Assembly: GCA_964400635.1 (NCBI GenBank)
Contig: CAYNVE010000002.1
Coordinates: 1-41,172, forward strand
DNA from: an uncultured Lentisphaeraceae bacterium
GTDB lineage: Bacteria > Verrucomicrobiota > Kiritimatiellia > RFP12 > UBA1067
Reading direction: 5' to 3'
DNA: 41,172 nt
Part shown: piece after piece, positions 37,148 through 41,172 of the stretch
Numbering within the stretch: position 1 is the first letter of the stretch
Layout: the number at the start of each line of letters is the position of its first letter
Notes under the pieces: model-generated
What the model was told of the DNA's origin: nothing
What the model saw: the letters and a program-made list of their open reading frames with translations, nothing else
Databases searched by the model: none
Made by a program: the position numbers and the translations under genes

Positions 37148-39754
37148 ATGTTCTTCTTTCGGCGCGAGAGCAGGCTCAAGAAGACGGCCGCACGGCGCAT
37201 GGCTTCGCCGCGCGCTTCCGCCTACCTTGAGTTCGCGCTCGTTCTGCCGATTGTCGTCATGGTCATTTCCGCAATGATCGAGTTCACGTCGTTTTGGGAC
37301 GCGAAAATTATGGCGAACCACGCGGCGTGGACGGTGGGGCGCATTGCGACGGTGCGTGCGGGTGCGCGCGAGGCGAAGAAGTCGTCGACATCTCTCATCG
37401 GCAAGAAGCCCGCGAACGTGAAGGAGCTCTTAAACCCCGACACGCAGATTGACGGCATGTATGTTTCGACGGCGCTTCTCATGTCCACGTGCTCAATGGG
37501 CTCGATGCACGGCAGTTCGGCGGATCTCGCGAAGGACTGGGTCGAGAAGTGGATCGGCCAGGGCATGGCCGCCTTAAGAAACCTCATTGAGAACCAGATT
37601 AAGACGAAACTGACGGAGCTCGCGAAAAGTCTCGCGAACCTCTTTCCGCTCGACCTTGGCGATAACACAATCGGGAAGTTCGTGACGGAGATCATGAACA
37701 AGATCATCGAGAATGTGACGAAGCCGATTGCGGAAAAGCTCGCGTCGTTTATCGAAAGTCTCATCCCCGCGGGGGCCTACACGGGCTTCGAGGATCTCCT
37801 CAACAACAGCCGCGTCCTGCGTCAGGTCGTCTACGCGGCGGATCGCGTCGCGACATACGACGTCATCACGGTGAAAGAGCGCGATGACAAGTCGATCCCC
37901 GCCTTCTCGCGTGCGTCGCTCTACGGCGGCTCGCCGCTCGATTTGCCTGCGACATATGACACGAAATCAACCTACGACGACTGGATGGTGAAGACCTACT
38001 CGGGCTGGCCGCCGAACAACCAGTCTCAGAAGATGATTGATGTCACAATCAAGTGGCCGTTTGAGCGCGCGTGGATGTTCCCCGTGCTCGCGTCAGCCGC
38101 CTCGTCGTCCGACCCAGGCGATGTGCCCGTTGCGGTCGGCCGCGCCCTCTTCTACCCGCAACCGAATATCAAGAATGCGAACCTCTACAGCGACGGCGCG
38201 GAGGCGTTTGATCCTGGCACAACGAACTCGTATGTGAAGGCGATCGAAGAGCTGAAGAAGTCTTATAACGGTTTCTTGAATATCGTCCTCCTTTCCTACA
38301 AGTACCGCCTTCTCGAAGAGACGGTTGGGCCTTATGACAGCGACACGGGCAGCTACTCTTACAAGGGCATCGGGCGCGGCATTTCGGGCGAGGCTGAGGA
38401 GTCCGCCTACTACGCGCTCGACGGGCTTGTCCTCTGGATGGAGCGCGCGCCGGATGACACGAGCCAGAAGTCGAACTGGCAGAGCAAGTCGCCGCCCGCC
38501 GACTACAAGAAGTGCTTCATGGAATTAACGGGCACGTCTGACGAGACCTGCAAGTTTTGGAACGGCGTCGTGTTTCATCCGTGGACAATTAAGACGGCCG
38601 CGCTCGAGAATCTCGAGAACCGTGCCTACAAGGATAAGGAGTGGTTCTTCTGGGGCGACGACACGCATCGCCACCTGCGCGTCAAGCATGCGACGCCGAG
38701 CGATCTCTTCGCGGCGTGGAAGGGCAGCTTCGGTGGTCAGCCGCCGTGGTATGCGTTTCTGAATGGTGGCACGATCGACGGCGCGTCGAGCGAAATCAAC
38801 GGCTCGTTCACGGCGGGGAATCTCGTGATGAACGTCTCGGAGGACGACTTTAAGAGCGCCGTCTCGCGTTATGTCGGCGGTTCGGCGGCATCCTGTCAAG
38901 ATTGGCGCACCTTCGTCGCCTCGGCAAATGTTTTCGCGCCGAATGCGAACGCGATGGTCGCGTTCTCCTCGTCGTCGGCATCGACCTTGAAGACGCGCGA
39001 AACGGCCGCGCTCAAGAATGTGTTTTCGGACGCGGCGACGACGCAGGAGAAGATTCGCCAACTCGAGCGCGCGAGCCGCGACGAGTTAGCCTCCGCAATT
39101 GGCGGGGGCAGCGAGGAGGCGGACTACAGCAGCATGGGCTTCTTCGACTACGGCGATGATGACGCGGACATCGCCAAGGATCCTGAGAAGGCTGTCGAGA
39201 AAATGAAGGAGAAACTCGAGACGCTCAAGAAGACGATTATCAATGACGTCATTGCCATCGACGAGGCGGAGCAGGCCGCACGCGATGCCTATTCGAAGCT
39301 TCAGGAACAGATCAAGACGACGACGAATGAACGCCGCGAGAAGATCCTCGAATGGGCCGCGAAGACGGCCGCCGCGTTGCAGCGCGCGGGTGTGGCGGAC
39401 GCGACCGCCGTCGCGCAGATCTTGCGCACGGCGTTCCCCGTGAAGGATGACTTTGAGACGGGGGTTGCCGCCTTCGAGTCGGCGGCCACGGCCTACGCCT
39501 CTGCGCTTGAGACGCTCTACAAGGCGGAGCAGCAACTCGCGAAGGATCTCGGGCTCAAGTCATCGGGTAGCAAGGACAAGGAGAAGGGCGATGCTGATCC
39601 GAGCGGCGAGGGCGTGCCCGAGGACGACCCCTATCGTCCGTCGGAAAGCGGCTCAGACAGCGGCTCGGATGACGACGGGTGCGGGGATTTCTGGAAGCGG
39701 AAGGCGGGCGGCCACGGTTGGACGCAAGATCCGAGCGGGAAGGAGGATGTCTAA
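37148..39754 (+). CDS. 868-aa protein with TadE-type (Flp-pseudopilin) N-terminus and a large uncharacterised body with an acidic tail
   Basis: The N-terminus RRMASPRASAYLEFALVLPIVVMVISAMIEFTSFW matches the TadE class signature (xEFALVLPxxxxxxxxxxEF). The rest shows no motif I recognise. A coiled-coil-like segment covers roughly aa 690-810. The tail is SESGSDSGSDDDGCGDFW. Confidence 0.8.
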   Translation: MFFFRRESRLKKTAARRMASPRASAYLEFALVLPIVVMVISAMIEFTSFWDAKIMANHAAWTVGRIATVRAGAREAKKSSTSLIGKKPANVKELLNPDTQIDGMYVSTALLMSTCSMGSMHGSSADLAKDWVEKWIGQGMAALRNLIENQIKTKLTELAKSLANLFPLDLGDNTIGKFVTEIMNKIIENVTKPIAEKLASFIESLIPAGAYTGFEDLLNNSRVLRQVVYAADRVATYDVITVKERDDKSIPAFSRASLYGGSPLDLPATYDTKSTYDDWMVKTYSGWPPNNQSQKMIDVTIKWPFERAWMFPVLASAASSSDPGDVPVAVGRALFYPQPNIKNANLYSDGAEAFDPGTTNSYVKAIEELKKSYNGFLNIVLLSYKYRLLEETVGPYDSDTGSYSYKGIGRGISGEAEESAYYALDGLVLWMERAPDDTSQKSNWQSKSPPADYKKCFMELTGTSDETCKFWNGVVFHPWTIKTAALENLENRAYKDKEWFFWGDDTHRHLRVKHATPSDLFAAWKGSFGGQPPWYAFLNGGTIDGASSEINGSFTAGNLVMNVSEDDFKSAVSRYVGGSAASCQDWRTFVASANVFAPNANAMVAFSSSSASTLKTRETAALKNVFSDAATTQEKIRQLERASRDELASAIGGGSEEADYSSMGFFDYGDDDADIAKDPEKAVEKMKEKLETLKKTIINDVIAIDEAEQAARDAYSKLQEQIKTTTNERREKILEWAAKTAAALQRAGVADATAVAQILRTAFPVKDDFETGVAAFESAATAYASALETLYKAEQQLAKDLGLKSSGSKDKEKGDADPSGEGVPEDDPYRPSESGSDSGSDDDGCGDFWKRKAGGHGWTQDPSGKEDV

Positions 39755-40878
39755 TGACAAGTCGGCTCTTCGGCTTCCTTCGTTCGTCGCGTGCGCGCCT
39801 CGCGGACGATCGCGGCCACGTGGGTGTCTTGATGGCGCTCGTCATTTTCGTCGTCATCGGCTCGCTCACGATGACATGGAACACGGCGCAACTTTCGAAG
39901 GAGAAGATGCGCCTTCAGAACGCGGCTGACTCGGCGGCGCTCGGCTTCTGCGTCTGGCAGGCGCGCGGCATGAACACGGTGCAGAACCTGAACGACGAGA
40001 TGTACGCCGCGCTCTCGATCGCGAAGAAGTTGCTCGTCGTCGCCGTGCCCGCCGAGACGGCCGCGCAGGTTCTCGAAAAGATGGGCTCTATACCTTACAT
40101 CGGCATCGTCTGCAAAATTGCCGCGCAGGCGTTCCACATCATCGCGGCGATCTCGGGCGGCGTCTCGGGGCTTCTCGCAAACCGAATCTGCCCTTACTTC
40201 TTAAGACCGCTCGGCTATTTCTACGCCTACGGCGCGACGGTCTTCGCCTATTGGGGCGCGCAACAACTTGCGGCGAAAAATCGAGCCGATCCGCTCGGCA
40301 ACGTGAGCATCAACTTAGGACCTTTCGGCAACCTCGGCGTTTACGCGCTCGGCATCGCCTTCCCCATCATCGACACGGTGAAGCTGCCCCTCGCGACGGA
40401 GTCCAAGAGCGAGGAGCCGTGGAAGAACGACACGGATTATTCGTCGCTCTTTCAGGAAAAAAGCGGCGGCATCTACAAGACGATTCACAAGATTTGCGGC
40501 ACGGGCGGCAAATGGGAGGTGAAGCCCTGGGTTTCGAAGCGTGACAACAAGACGGGCAAGAATGCGCTGCCGGGCCCAAGCATTTGGATCGCGCACAAGT
40601 ATTATACGCACATTGAGACGATGCCGCTGGAGGCGTGGTCGTCGAAGACATCGAAGACGATTGACCAGTGGCCGATGATGGCGATTGCCGCAGCGCAGTG
40701 CGTGACGGGTGATGTCGTCGCGCACTCCGTCACGCCGAAGAATGCGAAGAACAACCAGCGCCCCGCCGGCTTCGGCACGGGCGCGACCGCGAAGCTCATC
40801 CCCGTCACGACGGCCTTTGAGTCGCTGACGACGAACAGCGTGGCCAATGGAATTTTGAAGAGGATCATTTACCACTAA
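39754..40878 (+). CDS. TadG-type (Tad/Flp pilus-assembly N-terminal domain) protein, 374 aa, no vWA motifs seen
   Basis: DDRGHVGVLMALVIFVVIGSLTMTWNTAQLSKEKMRLQNAADSAALGFCVW fits the TadG/Tad N-terminal pattern (G.v.vl.al....l.......d.......r..LQ.AaDaAALA). TAATG overlap with the upstream gene. Confidence 0.75.
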   Translation: MTSRLFGFLRSSRARLADDRGHVGVLMALVIFVVIGSLTMTWNTAQLSKEKMRLQNAADSAALGFCVWQARGMNTVQNLNDEMYAALSIAKKLLVVAVPAETAAQVLEKMGSIPYIGIVCKIAAQAFHIIAAISGGVSGLLANRICPYFLRPLGYFYAYGATVFAYWGAQQLAAKNRADPLGNVSINLGPFGNLGVYALGIAFPIIDTVKLPLATESKSEEPWKNDTDYSSLFQEKSGGIYKTIHKICGTGGKWEVKPWVSKRDNKTGKNALPGPSIWIAHKYYTHIETMPLEAWSSKTSKTIDQWPMMAIAAAQCVTGDVVAHSVTPKNAKNNQRPAGFGTGATAKLIPVTTAFESLTTNSVANGILKRIIYH

Positions 40879-41172
40879 TGAACACACGCGAAGCGAGATT
40901 GAAAACTCGTCTCATGCGTCGGCTTCAGTCAACGCGGGGGACGGCGTATCTTGAATTCGCCTTCGTGATGCCGCTCGTCGTCATGACGATGTGCTTCGCC
41001 GTTGACTTTACGCGCCACCTCTATGTCGAGCAACAGGTCGAGATTGCGTCGCGCGCGCTCTGCGACGTCGAAAGCCATCTCATTCCTGGCAAGCGGAAGG
41101 GATGCCCTGGGCGGCCTGCGAAGATCGTCGTTCGGAACTACCTCGCCGAGTCGCTGAAGAACGAGGGGCTTC
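40878..41172 (+). CDS. TadE-type pseudopilin-like protein, 5' partial (runs off the window)
   Basis: My own translation from ATG 40878 gives MNTREARLKTRLMRRLQSTRGTAYLEFAFVMPLVVMTMCFAVDFTRHLYVEQQVEIASRAL... This contains a canonical G/xxxxEF prepilin site plus a hydrophobic helix. The frame stays open to the end of the window. The ORF is absent from the supplied track. TAATG overlap with the upstream gene. Confidence 0.75.
   Translation, partial: MNTREARLKTRLMRRLQSTRGTAYLEFAFVMPLVVMTMCFAVDFTRHLYVEQQVEIASRALCDVESHLIPGKRKGCPGRPAKIVVRNYLAESLKNEGL

Overview
This is a 41.2 kb, high-GC (by eye about 60-65%), very tightly packed bacterial chromosomal segment. I call 38 protein-coding genes and see no rRNA, tRNA, CRISPR array, transposase or integrase. 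Envelope genes (LolA-like, AsmA-like, a beta-barrel protein ending in Phe), a sigma-54 activator and a flavodiiron protein suggest a diderm, probably anaerobic or microaerophilic organism. Taxonomy cannot be fixed from sequence alone. Most of the window is housekeeping: glgP, hslO, alr, ilvE, recJ, fused hisH-hisF, dus, tatD, HIT, rluA-type synthase, aminotransferase, prfB, tsaB-like, ppiB, parC/gyrA-type topoisomerase, holA-like and mtaB-like. Three things stand out. (1) The 3' end (36.5 kb to the window edge) carries a non-canonical Tad/Flp-like pilus module. It has an A24 prepilin peptidase, then an 868-aa protein with a TadE-type prepilin N-terminus, a TadG-type protein and a second TadE-type ORF that runs off the window. 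Repeat-rich putative operator DNA lies upstream. (2) Ten copies of an extended -10 promoter motif, T(G/T)TGnTA(T/C)AAT, sit in front of operons. Seven end only 7-11 nt before the start codon, which implies widespread leaderless transcription. (3) Genes are chained by ATGA/TAATG start-stop overlaps, which couples functionally unrelated genes. Examples are a sigma-54 activator with hisHF, and a GYF/coiled-coil protein with an unknown 520-aa protein, dus and a deacetylase. All functional calls come from motif recognition in the supplied translations. No database search was run.
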